A stretch of DNA of 59,172 nt, counting the filler, from Stramenopiles sp. TOSAG23-2 (Eukaryota): the NCBI GenBank assembly GCA_900128395.1. It is 4 parts of 4 records of this genome, joined end to end, with 100 filler letters (N's around TTAATTAATTAA, not from the genome) between each part and the next. Parts side by side here need not be neighbours in the genome. Positions count along the whole stretch, not along the records: positions 1 to 14,792 come from LT649746.1; positions 14,893 to 29,625 come from LT649747.1; 2 more parts are not named here. One strand, 5' to 3'. The notes under the pieces were generated by a model that was not told the DNA's origin, made no database searches, and saw only the letters and a program-made list of their open reading frames with translations. Made by a program: the position numbers and the translations under genes. How positions within the stretch are numbered: position 1 is the stretch's first letter; every line of letters starts with the position of its first letter. Below are positions 10,128 to 19,993 of the stretch, piece after piece.

Positions 10128-12900
10128 CAATACAATTTCCCTTATTAGCAGTATTTCTCAATACTAGAATTTTCCCTGTTTGTCTAGAGTTACTCCTGTC
10201 AACACGAGAGCGGGCTCTTGATGTAGTTAAAGGTACTTGCTTTTTCCTCAAAACAGGTGATATGATACTTTTTGGACTTTGTCGCAACTTTTTTGTTAAT
10301 GGTCTATGTAATAATCTTGCCTGCCTTGCTTTTTCTTCCATGACTTTTTTTAAGAATATTTTATATTGTAGATCTTCAATTCGCCTGGCCCTTTTTGCAT
10401 CTTCAAAAGCTTTGATTTGAAATTTCCTACGGTATTCTTGTCTAGCTAAATGTTGTCGTATGGCACATTGGATTACTATAGCTTTTTTCATAGCATTTAA
10501 ATACCTTCTTCTCATGATAACTACACGAATAATTGCTTGAACCATTATTATATGAAATTTTCGCTTACTTATTATAACTTTAGTTCTGTGCATTCTATAT
10601 ATTGATTGTATTTTCGTCGCTGCGTATGTTTGCCTTTCGTGTTCTCGTTTTTGAATCCGGGACTTTAAATCTTCGCCTGTACGGATAGACCAACCGCGAT
10701 AAAGTTTTTGTACTTTAATTGCTGAATCTCGTAACATTCTTTTTAGATTTAATATATTTTGTCTGCGGATATGATATCCACGAGAAAAGGCTTGAATTTT
10801 TACACTTGCTTTCTTTCTTTTTTCTGCTCTTTTAAGATGTAAAATCCTTTGTTTTCTGGTTGAATATGCACGGTAATGCTTTTGTAAGCATATAGAGGCG
10901 TTTTCTTTACGTATTTTTTCTGCCTTTTCTCTTTTTTTTTTAAACATACGTTTTCTTCTTGCCAAATCCTTACTATTTCGAACTATATAACCACGGCTGT
11001 ATCTTTGAATTCGTATTGTTGCTTTTTCTTTCTTTTTTCTCAATCGTTTCAAACGTTGTGCTCTTCGTTCAGATTTTCTTTTACGCAGGACTGACCCGGA
11101 AAGGACTATATGGCGACGAACGTATTTTTGGATTACAATCGCTTTTTTAACTCGCATTGCTTCAAAATTTTTCTTCCAATGTACATTCAGCTTTTGCTGG
11201 TTTTCAATATGTTTTAAACCAGCTATTTTTCTACCTTGATGACCTCTGTATGATTGTTGAATGATAACAGCATTTTCATTTTTTATTTTTTCCATGTCTT
11301 GGACTTCTTTTTTCTTCAACGTTTCCCCCTGTACCCTACGTCTCCTTTCAGCTTCTTTCTCTTCTAAACTACCAACAACGAGTACAGTTTCAGTTTTCTG
11401 AAATGTACCTGCAACTTCTTGATGAGATTCATAATTGTTTTCATTTAATTGCAATGACTGTGTTAAGGATCTCAAAGCAGAATTCGTTTCACTATCTAGA
11501 ACATCATCAAATCCTACAAAAGGCTCCCCTAATGGATCGTTGCGATTTCTCAATTTCTTCTTTGGTGATTCTCCATTTTGTGATAAATTGGATAAGAAAT
11601 TGTCTATATTGCCCAAAGTGTCAATGTCTTCTTTGCTACTTTTTACTTCTATTCCTTCCCCGTCGTCTTCCATTCCGTTTAGCTCTTTCATCGATACACG
11701 GCCTTCATGGTAGTATTTGTCGCCCTCATCTTCAAGATAATAACCATTCTCATCATAATATCCTGCCGCATCGTCGTCTTGTTTTTCAGGATAATTATCA
11801 TACTTGGTCACTCCTATTTCATGTGTGTTATTTTTTGACTTTTTATTTTGTTTTACATTATTATCGATTACTTCTTTTCTTTCTTTTGGTTGCTGCTTCT
11901 CTTCAACTATTAGTGTTGGTGTCTCTTTTTTGGTTGAATTATCTTGCCTAGCATTGTGTCCCCTGTACACTTTTTGAACCAACGTGGCAGCCTCTTTTCT
12001 TTTCTTAGTTTCTATTTCCATTTTATGATTACGTCTTGCGTTATGGCCACGAAATGTTTTTTGTAAATTGACTGCAGCATCTGTTCGTTTTTTAAGTCTA
12101 GGATTTATTTCACTTCTTGTTTGGTATCCTCGATAACGTGATTGGATACGACGAGCATGTGCATGTTGTCGATCCATTTCTGTATCATCTGTTGCACTTG
12201 TGGCAGATATTTTATCAAATTCTTGATTTAAATGGAAATTATTAATAGACTCACTATCCTCGAAATCGTCTTCATATTCATCTTCGTCGTACGTTTCTTT
12301 TCCTAACCATTTACTAACTTTTACATTGGAATTCATATTTTTTTCATTGGCATCAATGGAATCTTTAATGGGTGAAGAGATTCCAGAATCAAGGTTGTCG
12401 ACATTCGCATTTACATTCACATTATCCCCATTATCGGTGTTGCTTAAAATGGTAGTAGAAACTTGTTTATCAACTGTAAACAATTGATTTAATATTTTTT
12501 CGTTTGTATCAACACTTGTGTGGTCCACGAAAGGAAATTCACTATTCGTATCTTCTTCGTTATTATTTTTTTCTAATAGAGCTAAAATACCAGTTTGTAC
12601 TTTTTCATCTACAAAAATTCCGTCCCCTAAATCATCTTCTTCGGAACTACTGCTTGAATCAAAAAATGTATCTTCGTCACTAAACGAATCATCAATTTTT
12701 TCTAAATGTTTCGTCCCATTTGTTTTGTCTTTGTCTACCCTTGTCCTTTCTTCGTTACTATTAGATGAGCTTGTTTTCGCTATTGTCTTGCCGTTGCGAG
12801 AGCTAATAACGTTATTATCAGGTGGTTTGCCTACAGATACATCAGAATCACTTGATTCGGATGCAAAGCTACTATCGTCGCTACTAAAATCATGATCCAT
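9949..12900 (-). CDS. Multi-IQ-motif (calmodulin-binding) protein
   Basis: Acidic N-terminus followed by many IQ motifs (IQSRYRGYQTR, LQKTFRGHNAR, VQKVYRGHNAR, IQRYSRGYIVR, IQAFSRGYHIR). The 3' end overlaps the opposite gene and is uncertain. Confidence 0.8.
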   Translation of the reverse strand: MDHDFSSDDSSFASESSDSDVSVGKPPDNNVISSRNGKTIAKTSSSNSNEERTRVDKDKTNGTKHLEKIDDSFSDEDTFFDSSSSSEEDDLGDGIFVDEKVQTGILALLEKNNNEEDTNSEFPFVDHTSVDTNEKILNQLFTVDKQVSTTILSNTDNGDNVNVNANVDNLDSGISSPIKDSIDANEKNMNSNVKVSKWLGKETYDEDEYEDDFEDSESINNFHLNQEFDKISATSATDDTEMDRQHAHARRIQSRYRGYQTRSEINPRLKKRTDAAVNLQKTFRGHNARRNHKMEIETKKRKEAATLVQKVYRGHNARQDNSTKKETPTLIVEEKQQPKERKEVIDNNVKQNKKSKNNTHEIGVTKYDNYPEKQDDDAAGYYDENGYYLEDEGDKYYHEGRVSMKELNGMEDDGEGIEVKSSKEDIDTLGNIDNFLSNLSQNGESPKKKLRNRNDPLGEPFVGFDDVLDSETNSALRSLTQSLQLNENNYESHQEVAGTFQKTETVLVVGSLEEKEAERRRRVQGETLKKKEVQDMEKIKNENAVIIQQSYRGHQGRKIAGLKHIENQQKLNVHWKKNFEAMRVKKAIVIQKYVRRHIVLSGSVLRKRKSERRAQRLKRLRKKKEKATIRIQRYSRGYIVRNSKDLARRKRMFKKKREKAEKIRKENASICLQKHYRAYSTRKQRILHLKRAEKRKKASVKIQAFSRGYHIRRQNILNLKRMLRDSAIKVQKLYRGWSIRTGEDLKSRIQKREHERQTYAATKIQSIYRMHRTKVIISKRKFHIIMVQAIIRVVIMRRRYLNAMKKAIVIQCAIRQHLARQEYRRKFQIKAFEDAKRARRIEDLQYKIFLKKVMEEKARQARLLHRPLTKKLRQSPKSIISPVLRKKQVPLTTSRARSRVDRSNSRQTGKILVLRNTANKGNCIVNRPSSVRSSKTRLLPETGYNYSNKSRNTLIYYYSSYPHDFYHYFYSYYVKLYFGYQPC

Positions 12901-12971
12901 GTCGAGACTTAAATATATTTACTGTATATCGCTGTTATAAATACAACACTTGTTTATTTAATTATTTACAA

Positions 12972-14792
12972 TCAACTGTATCAGCCACTGGCATCTGTCT
13001 ATCATGTCAGATCGGATTTTTTGCAAATAAACCAATGAATGCTACAGCATGTTTAAAGTGCCCTATTGGAAAGTACAATGAAAAAAAGGAAGCAATGACA
13101 TGTATTAGGTGTCGAAATGGAACTGTTTATCGTACAAATGGCAACAGTCCGTATTGTGTTCCATGTGGACCTGGAAAATATACAAATAGACGGACAAACA
13201 CATGTGACAATTGCATTGCTGGCTTTTTCAGTGACTTAATAGAAAATGATAATTGCCGTTTTTGTACATCAAAATCTACATCTAATAAATTGTCGGGATC
13301 AACATCATGTAGCAGCTGTCCCTTGGGCAAGACTCCAAGCTTAAATTATTATTTAAAAACGTAAGTTAAATTATGTATATCCCTAAATCTAGTAAATAAT
13401 CGTTTCTAACATACCATTCCTTCATACAATACGCTCCACAGATATGGATTTTGTTCCAAGAACGTTGAATCGATAGAAGTATGCAAAAAAGCAGCATTTG
13501 AATTAAGCTTGTTTGATAAAAATCCTACAGTGAGCGATTATGGCAATGTAAAGAACCCTCGATGCTGGTATGAGTTCCAAGAAGACATTGATCGATTAAA
13601 ATTTAGAGAATATATTTACGAGGATTCGTATAGCTATAATGAACAATGTTCACCAACTAAGCCATGTATCTGTGAGTATGACTCATCTGCTTTTCAAAAT
13701 ATTTACAGCTACGAGAAGAGAGATACTGGTATATGTTCTGAAACTAATGAAGTTTTATCGAAAGAAGAATGTTTTCATGGAATCATATCCTTGGGTTATC
13801 ATGTTGAATATACAAATGTTCGTGATTATGGTGATGCACATGTTCGCGATTATGGTTATGCACCTAAAGGATGCTTTATTGATGGATACACCCTACCTAG
13901 TGTTTCAGGCACTATTGTAACTACGGGAAATTCGTTACTTGCATACGTTAGTCAAGAACGCACTACAGATTGTTCATCTACATATCCATGTGTATGTCGA
14001 AAATCATTAACTGGACATTCTGCAGAGGCCAATTCCAAGGTAAAAGTTATTGATCATGGTACATGTGAAACACCGATTGAAAGCAGATCAAATTGTGAAG
14101 AAGCTGCTTTTGCTTTAAGTCCATCTGCTACATTTACAACCATGAGCACAGTTGCTGTACCCTCCGGTTGTTCTTTGTCAATTCCTCAATATGAATTCGT
14201 ACTTAATGATTACGATTGCTATTCTAAGATTGACTCTGAAGATGAATGTATAGAAGCTGGTAAAATATTTGATTTAGAATATGGGGGTAAAATAGACAGT
14301 TACTATTATCCAAAACGTTGTTTTTTGCAAGGTTCTAAGTTGTATTACAATGATCGATTGTATACATATTATGGCTGTGGTTATAAAGGTATTTCATGTT
14401 TGTGCAGGCAAAATTCTGGTTTTGATGGTAAAAAGTGGGAATATATATGGAATGAACCTCAAATCCAAAACACGAAACAGTGGCTGTGGTTATAAAGGTA
14501 TTTCATGTTTGTGCAGGCAAAATTCTGGTTTTGATGGTAAAAAGTGGGAATATATATGGAATGAACCTCAAATCCAAAACACGAAACAGTTTAGTAAATC
14601 AAGCTTAGGCGTATGTTCAACATCATGCACTTCATGTCAGGCTGGAAAATATAGTCAAGAATGTCTGAACTGTCCCGCTGGTCGTTACAATGAACGTTAT
14701 GACAGTAGCAGGATTGAAATGTTACAAGCTTGTAAGAAATGTCCGGAAGGCCGTGTAGGTTTTGAAGTTGGGAAAAATGATATTAGTACTGC
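12972..14792 (+). CDS. Cys-rich extracellular protein (GCC2/GCC3, ephrin-receptor-like CxxCxxG repeats plus 6-Cys modules); partial at both ends, one intron
   Basis: CLSCQIGFF, CLKCPIGKY, CVPCGPGKY and CLNCPAGRY repeats. Splicing 13361-13441 joins ORFs 13035 and 13509 in frame. A 109-bp duplication frameshifts the 3' part, and the gene runs into the scaffold end. Confidence 0.75.
13361..13441 (+). other. Spliceosomal intron (81 bp)
   Basis: GTAAGT donor, CTAAC branch point at 13406-13410, CAG acceptor. It removes an in-frame stop and restores ...YYLKT/YGFCSK. Confidence 0.9.
14372..14589. repeat. Exact 109-bp tandem duplication (14372-14480 / 14481-14589), frameshifting
   Basis: tggctgtggttataaagg...cacgaaacag is repeated directly. 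Confidence 0.95.
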
Positions 14793-14892
14793 NNNNNNNN
14801 NNNNNNNNNNNNNNNNNNNNNNNNNNNNNNNNNNNNTTAATTAATTAANNNNNNNNNNNNNNNNNNNNNNNNNNNNNNNNNNNNNNNNNNNN
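14793..14892. other. Artificial contig linker N44-TTAATTAATTAA-N44
   Basis: 100 nt with stops in all six frames; identical to the linkers at 29626 and 44402. Confidence 0.98.
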
Positions 14893-15004
14893 TATTATTA
14901 TATATTTATATATTTTATTATTATTTTTTGCCAAAAAAAAAGTAACAGACCTTTGCACCTTTCGTTCTTCCACAGCTTTCTATTTATTGCCATTTTTGAG
15001 CGAA

Positions 15005-15138
15005 AAGCTGATAGCTGGATAGCCGATAGCCAGGATAGCCAGCCAGGCTCAGCTTGCTCTAGCCTGGCTACGAGGAGTCTACCACCTACGGGCAGCAATT
15101 ATAGGCTTTCCAGGCTTTCCTGGCTTTCTTCCAGCTTT
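15005..15138. repeat. Short tandem arrays (GATAGC[C/T])n and (GGCTTTCCW)n
   Basis: gctgatagctggatagccgatagccaggatagccagcc ... aggctttccaggctttcctggctttc. Confidence 0.75.
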
Positions 15139-15615
15139 ATTATTATCAGGATACTTCTGGACTTATCCAGTTATATTTTTTGTTGAAAATCGAATACGAA
15201 AATCGCAAAATCACAAAAAAATCGCACGTTAGGATAAATTTATATAGGAAATTTTACATGTTAGTATATCACGACAAATCGAGCGTTATTATTTAATACA
15301 GAATTCCAATTAATAAACAACTAAAAAAACTTACCTAGGTATAATAATAATAATGCTATAACTACCTGGTACTATGTAATATGGTGGAGGACTAATACTA
15401 ACCAGCTAAATAAACTCTCTAATAATAATAATACTAGTCTGTATTTAATAATATGCATTAATGAATACAAATGAAAGTATATACAGAATTTTTTTTGATC
15501 TTTGTATGTACAACTTTTTATAAAATTGACAACACTTAATTAATTATTCCAATTAAAGTGTTTGCGAAATATACACTAGTAAAAAAAAGGCTGTTTTACA
15601 TACTATAGGCAAATA

Positions 15616-17514
15616 ATGTCAAAGTTTCTAAACATTCAGAGACACGTTTTTTACTCATTATTTTTTAGCTTTTGGTTTTTATTCAAAGCGGATGCACTGA
15701 GAGAATTTCATTCTATAAGAGGAACAGACACCTGGACATTTGTAACAAAATTCTGCTTTAACCCTGATACTGCACTAGATGAGGCAACAGGAGATAGTTA
15801 TACAGGAACGTTTCAGTATAATGTGACCATACCCGATAATACTACTTTAAAATGGTTAGTATACTATAAAGGTGAAAAAGACCAGTCTTGGGGCAAAGTC
15901 AATAATAATGATTTACATGCTTTAGACTGTTGGGGAAAGTCTAACGTGGCATACGAAACTGGAAATGTCTTTCCGATATATACGAAAGTGGATGGGAACA
16001 ATTTTGAAATGTGCAAGGACGATGCGGATACCGACTGTGAGATGACGAGAAAAAAATATAGACAAGATCCGTCCATGCTTGGAAGAGGAACTGGAAAAGT
16101 TTATAAAGTCTCTGGAGAATTATCCTTCAAAGCAAGTCATGCAAAGTGGTTTTATTTTGCATTAGCTAATTGTGACTCTACGGTCGCGGAAATAGACGGT
16201 GATGTTGCATACCGTGGCATTTCAAAATATTTTGCAAATGCAAAAATTGACTCCATTGCAGCAAATGTAGAGCTTACGATGTTGAATGGCAATGGAAGGG
16301 AAAAAGAATTCTCTGCAGATGAGCAAGGAAAGCTTGAGGCTTACACGTGGTTTTTTATATTGTATGTTATTATCTTCTTGCCAGGGTTAGGATATATAAT
16401 ATCAATGTTGAAAAAAAAAAATATGATGCACCATACGGTAAGATTATTAACTGTATCTGTTGCTTGTGAATTCATGTCAGTGTTCTTTGGATTTATTTAC
16501 CATAGTGATTATGCTGTTACAGGTTTCAAAGCAGATTGGCTAGATTTTGTCACTAAAGTTTTCCATGCCTGTGCTGACATATTTTTATTGCTTTTATTGA
16601 TAGTTTTAGCAAAAGGATGGAGCGTTGTAAGACGTAAAATATCGGCTAAAGGTCGTGTCAAGATTGGTGTATACACAACAACGTATGCATACACTCAATA
16701 TGCTGTAATTGTTGCATATTTCGAATCTAACGATCGCAAAACAGTAACATATTTCTATGATGGCCAATGGTCCATGTGGTTGATCATATTAAGATGGATC
16801 GCATTAGTTTGGTTTTCATATGCATGTTTCACAACACTGAAAAATTATGAAGTCAAAAAAAATTTTTATACAACATTGTTTGCTTGTGGTGTTTTATGGA
16901 TTATATCGTTACCAATTGAAATATTTGCAGCTTCTCAATTCGATCCATGGTATAGAAGCAAAGTAGTAACCATAACAAACTTGGTTTTAAACTTTTGTTT
17001 CCATACAAGATTTCTTATACTATTTATGCCTAGTTCATTTAATAAGAACTTTCCATTTCATGCAAAAACGACTGATATGGAAAGACGATCCATGCCGCAA
17101 AACCGACAACGCCGTAGCGATAGCGCTAATGGTAACAATAACAGTAGGCCGAGGTTTTCAAACCATAATGCAAAAGGTCCAGGGATAGGTCCATCAATAC
17201 CAGCAACGAATGGAAATCCAGGTGTTCTGACGGAATATGACCCAAATAATCCTGCCGGTTTCAATTTAGTACAGAATAATAACACCAATAGATCAAGTTC
17301 CACTTTGCCTATAGATCAGTCAATCAACAGGCGTCGGCGAGGTACAGGAGCTGTGACAGGCGGCACTGTATTTGCGCCAGCAGTTACAAGGCTGGAAATC
17401 GCGCTGAAACACATGCGGGGTAAATTAGCAAAATTATACGATATATCGGATGATATTGAAGTGGCAATTACGGATATAGTAGATGAGGAGGAAGATAATG
17501 GTGTGGATTTGTAG
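15616..17514 (+). CDS. TMEM145/GPR180-family seven-transmembrane protein
   Basis: Signal peptide; WTFVTKFCF, KWFYFALANC, EFSADEQG, LAKGWSVVRRKIS.KGRVK and PSSFNKNFPFH motifs typical of TMEM145; seven hydrophobic segments. Confidence 0.85.
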   Translation: MSKFLNIQRHVFYSLFFSFWFLFKADALREFHSIRGTDTWTFVTKFCFNPDTALDEATGDSYTGTFQYNVTIPDNTTLKWLVYYKGEKDQSWGKVNNNDLHALDCWGKSNVAYETGNVFPIYTKVDGNNFEMCKDDADTDCEMTRKKYRQDPSMLGRGTGKVYKVSGELSFKASHAKWFYFALANCDSTVAEIDGDVAYRGISKYFANAKIDSIAANVELTMLNGNGREKEFSADEQGKLEAYTWFFILYVIIFLPGLGYIISMLKKKNMMHHTVRLLTVSVACEFMSVFFGFIYHSDYAVTGFKADWLDFVTKVFHACADIFLLLLLIVLAKGWSVVRRKISAKGRVKIGVYTTTYAYTQYAVIVAYFESNDRKTVTYFYDGQWSMWLIILRWIALVWFSYACFTTLKNYEVKKNFYTTLFACGVLWIISLPIEIFAASQFDPWYRSKVVTITNLVLNFCFHTRFLILFMPSSFNKNFPFHAKTTDMERRSMPQNRQRRSDSANGNNNSRPRFSNHNAKGPGIGPSIPATNGNPGVLTEYDPNNPAGFNLVQNNNTNRSSSTLPIDQSINRRRRGTGAVTGGTVFAPAVTRLEIALKHMRGKLAKLYDISDDIEVAITDIVDEEEDNGVDL

Positions 17515-17955
17515 TCGTTAATATTCTTTTTAGAATTGAAATGCCAGTATAAGCCTATTAAGTTCGTATATTTTTAAAAAGGTACATATATATATTAATA
17601 TGTATTTATTATACTAATCTGAAATCCTCGTAGATACGTGCGTACGCCGTACGTCCATACTCCATACTCCATACTCAACGTTGTAATTGTTAAATAGACA
17701 ATAAAAGTTCCATTAGAATACCTCCAGTAGTGGATGGGCAAAATATTATATGTTATTTTCGTTCTTCGTTTTTCTAAAAAAAAAAATGCCAAAATTTTTT
17801 TTATTTATTTTAGTACCTGGTAATATGATTTCATGTGGGGATACTTTTAGTTTCTCTTATACATGAGATGTAATAATAATGATAATCCCCTTCTTTCAAT
17901 AATATGAATTCGGATAATATCTTTCATATATAATATCAAACAACTATATGTAATA

Positions 17956-19578
17956 ATGGATCTAGTTTATTTTTCTGTATCATATTATCAAAATGTATTG
18001 TATAACTTAACATTATATACATGTATTGTTTTTTTCCTATTTTTTTTTATATTATTGATAATGTTTTTCTCGTGGAGACGAAAAACCTTTTTGGTTGATG
18101 TTGAGCGTAGCATAGTCCAATTGATTGCTGATTTTGCATTTAGTCGTATTCATTTAGTTATTAGGTCTATCTCTTGGCTTAATGGTTACAAAGATTTTTC
18201 AGAAGAAGAATGTAATAAAAATATAGTTATTGTCTCAATCTGTACAAACGGTCTTGGACATATTCATCAAGCTATTCGTGTATTGACTGTCCTAAAAGAG
18301 AAAAGTAATTTTAAAGCAGCAGCAATAGTCGTCGCGAAGCGATCAAAGCTTCCAGCGTATGCCAACGTTTTTCTAGAGGAATACGGCTGTAGAGAAATTA
18401 TTGATCTTGATTTTGAATTGGATTATGAAGGTGGGGGTAACAATGGAAAGGACAATCGAATAAATAATGTGAACATTATGTTCATGTTTTGCTACTCGAT
18501 GCTTTTTCATGGCGTTCGTATTTTTCGAACGGTTGGTAACGTCATGCAAACCTACCGTCCTGGTGTTTTATTGTCATTTTTTGAACCAATTTTTGCAAAT
18601 TTTATAAACTCGCATGATAATCCAACAAAGATAATAACTGCAGCAAGTCAAGGCAGTTTAAACATCGAGCAAGATGATTTAAAAAAAGTCTTATTTTTCC
18701 GATTATTATGGCAGTAAGTAAATTCTATTCACCCTATAAACCTAAAAAGGATATTATATCCTCTCTAACACATATCACACATTCATACACTACGCTACAC
18801 ACACACACAATCAGTGCAAATGTGGGTAGAAAAGGGCGAATAATTCCGTTTTGTCAATATCCATTAGAAAATGCAATTCCACAAATCGTAAACTTGCCTT
18901 CACCAAATAGTGAATATGTAAAAAGCACCGTTGTTGAAGTTGGGTTGGGTAGACACATATCAGCTGAAAGTGGAAATACGATGCCATTTCTTGTTGCGTA
19001 TTCTTGGTGAGTAATTAATGCATCAGTAAAATCCTATTCCCCTACACCGAAAAAAGATAACCTCTCTAACACATCACTCGTTCATACGCTATATGCTCCA
19101 CATCAGTATGCCAATGGTCTTAATACCTGGCATTATTAGAATCAGGAGACATCGTGTCATATTGTTTTCGAAAAATCATATGTATTGGGCAAAAAAATGC
19201 GAGAAATATAAAAATATTTTAGTATTGCCACGATCGCCAGATTTCATAGATGCACTTGCATGTAGTGCAGGTTTGATTTCGCAACCAAGTCGTGGTGTAG
19301 TTACACAAGCAATTGCATTAGGAAAACCGGTATATTTGTTTTGTCCAAAAGGTCATGTAGAACAAGAATTGAACTATAAATTGTATTTGTCACAATATGA
19401 AGGAATAGGCTCTCCATCAACTGTGACAATTGAAAAATGGGAGAAAACGGAATATAATCTAGTATCACAAGCACAACGTATGCGATCGTGGTTAAGCCAA
19501 ACTGATGAAAGAATTATGAGGAAAATAGGCTCTTTTCTACCATTAAATTATGAGAACCAGAAGATACTGGAACGGTGA
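17956..19578 (+). CDS. GT-B fold glycosyltransferase (MJ1255/GT1-GT28-like), N-terminal membrane anchor; join(17956..18713,18815..19006,19107..19578)
   Basis: SICTNGLGHIHQA N-terminal loop and DFIDALACSAGLISQPSRGVVTQAIALGKPVYLFCPKGHVEQELN C-terminal motif. Two GT-AG introns join three ORFs in frame. Confidence 0.8.
18714..18814 (+). other. Spliceosomal intron (101 bp), introner-like family member
   Basis: GTAAGT ... CTAAC (18765-18769) ... CAG; restores LLWH/ANVGRKG. Confidence 0.9.
19007..19106 (+). other. Spliceosomal intron (100 bp), introner-like family member
   Basis: GTGAGT ... CTAAC (19066-19070) ... CAG; restores VAYSC/MPMVLIP. Confidence 0.9.
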
Positions 19579-19993
19579 CCTGTGTGTGTGTGTGGGGGGG
19601 GGTATGTATATATATATATATATATATACGGCGGAGCATGAGAGCTTTATTATAGTATGATAAGGATAGCATATTATTCTTGCGATTGAGTATTGAGCAT
19701 ATATTGCTTAACATGAGAAGTAAAATTATTATATAAAATGTTCTCTTACTCATATATTTAACTTAGATTTTAACCATCCATATAATACGAAGTATGTATA
19801 CAGTGTATGCATACGAAATATATATCTCTAGTTACCACGGGGAAGTAAAATTATTACACAAGTGTAAAATATACGAACTTTATCGTAACTTTTTTCGTAG
19901 ATTTTAACTAATATCATGTACGAACTTCGTATCATACATTATATGCATTATGAAAATATCAGACAGTATATTTTTTTATCTCTTTTTTATTTT

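Noticed and set aside
12899-12940. ATG...TAA mini-ORF MSRLKYIYCISLL hinting at stop-codon reassignment
   Set aside because: Conserved genes end at TAA, TAG and TGA at expected positions and long ORFs are open in the standard code. The mini-ORF is also out of frame with the downstream gene.
14837-14848. TTAATTAATTAA recurring every ~14.8 kb
   Set aside because: Synthetic six-frame-stop spacer embedded in Ns, not biological periodicity.
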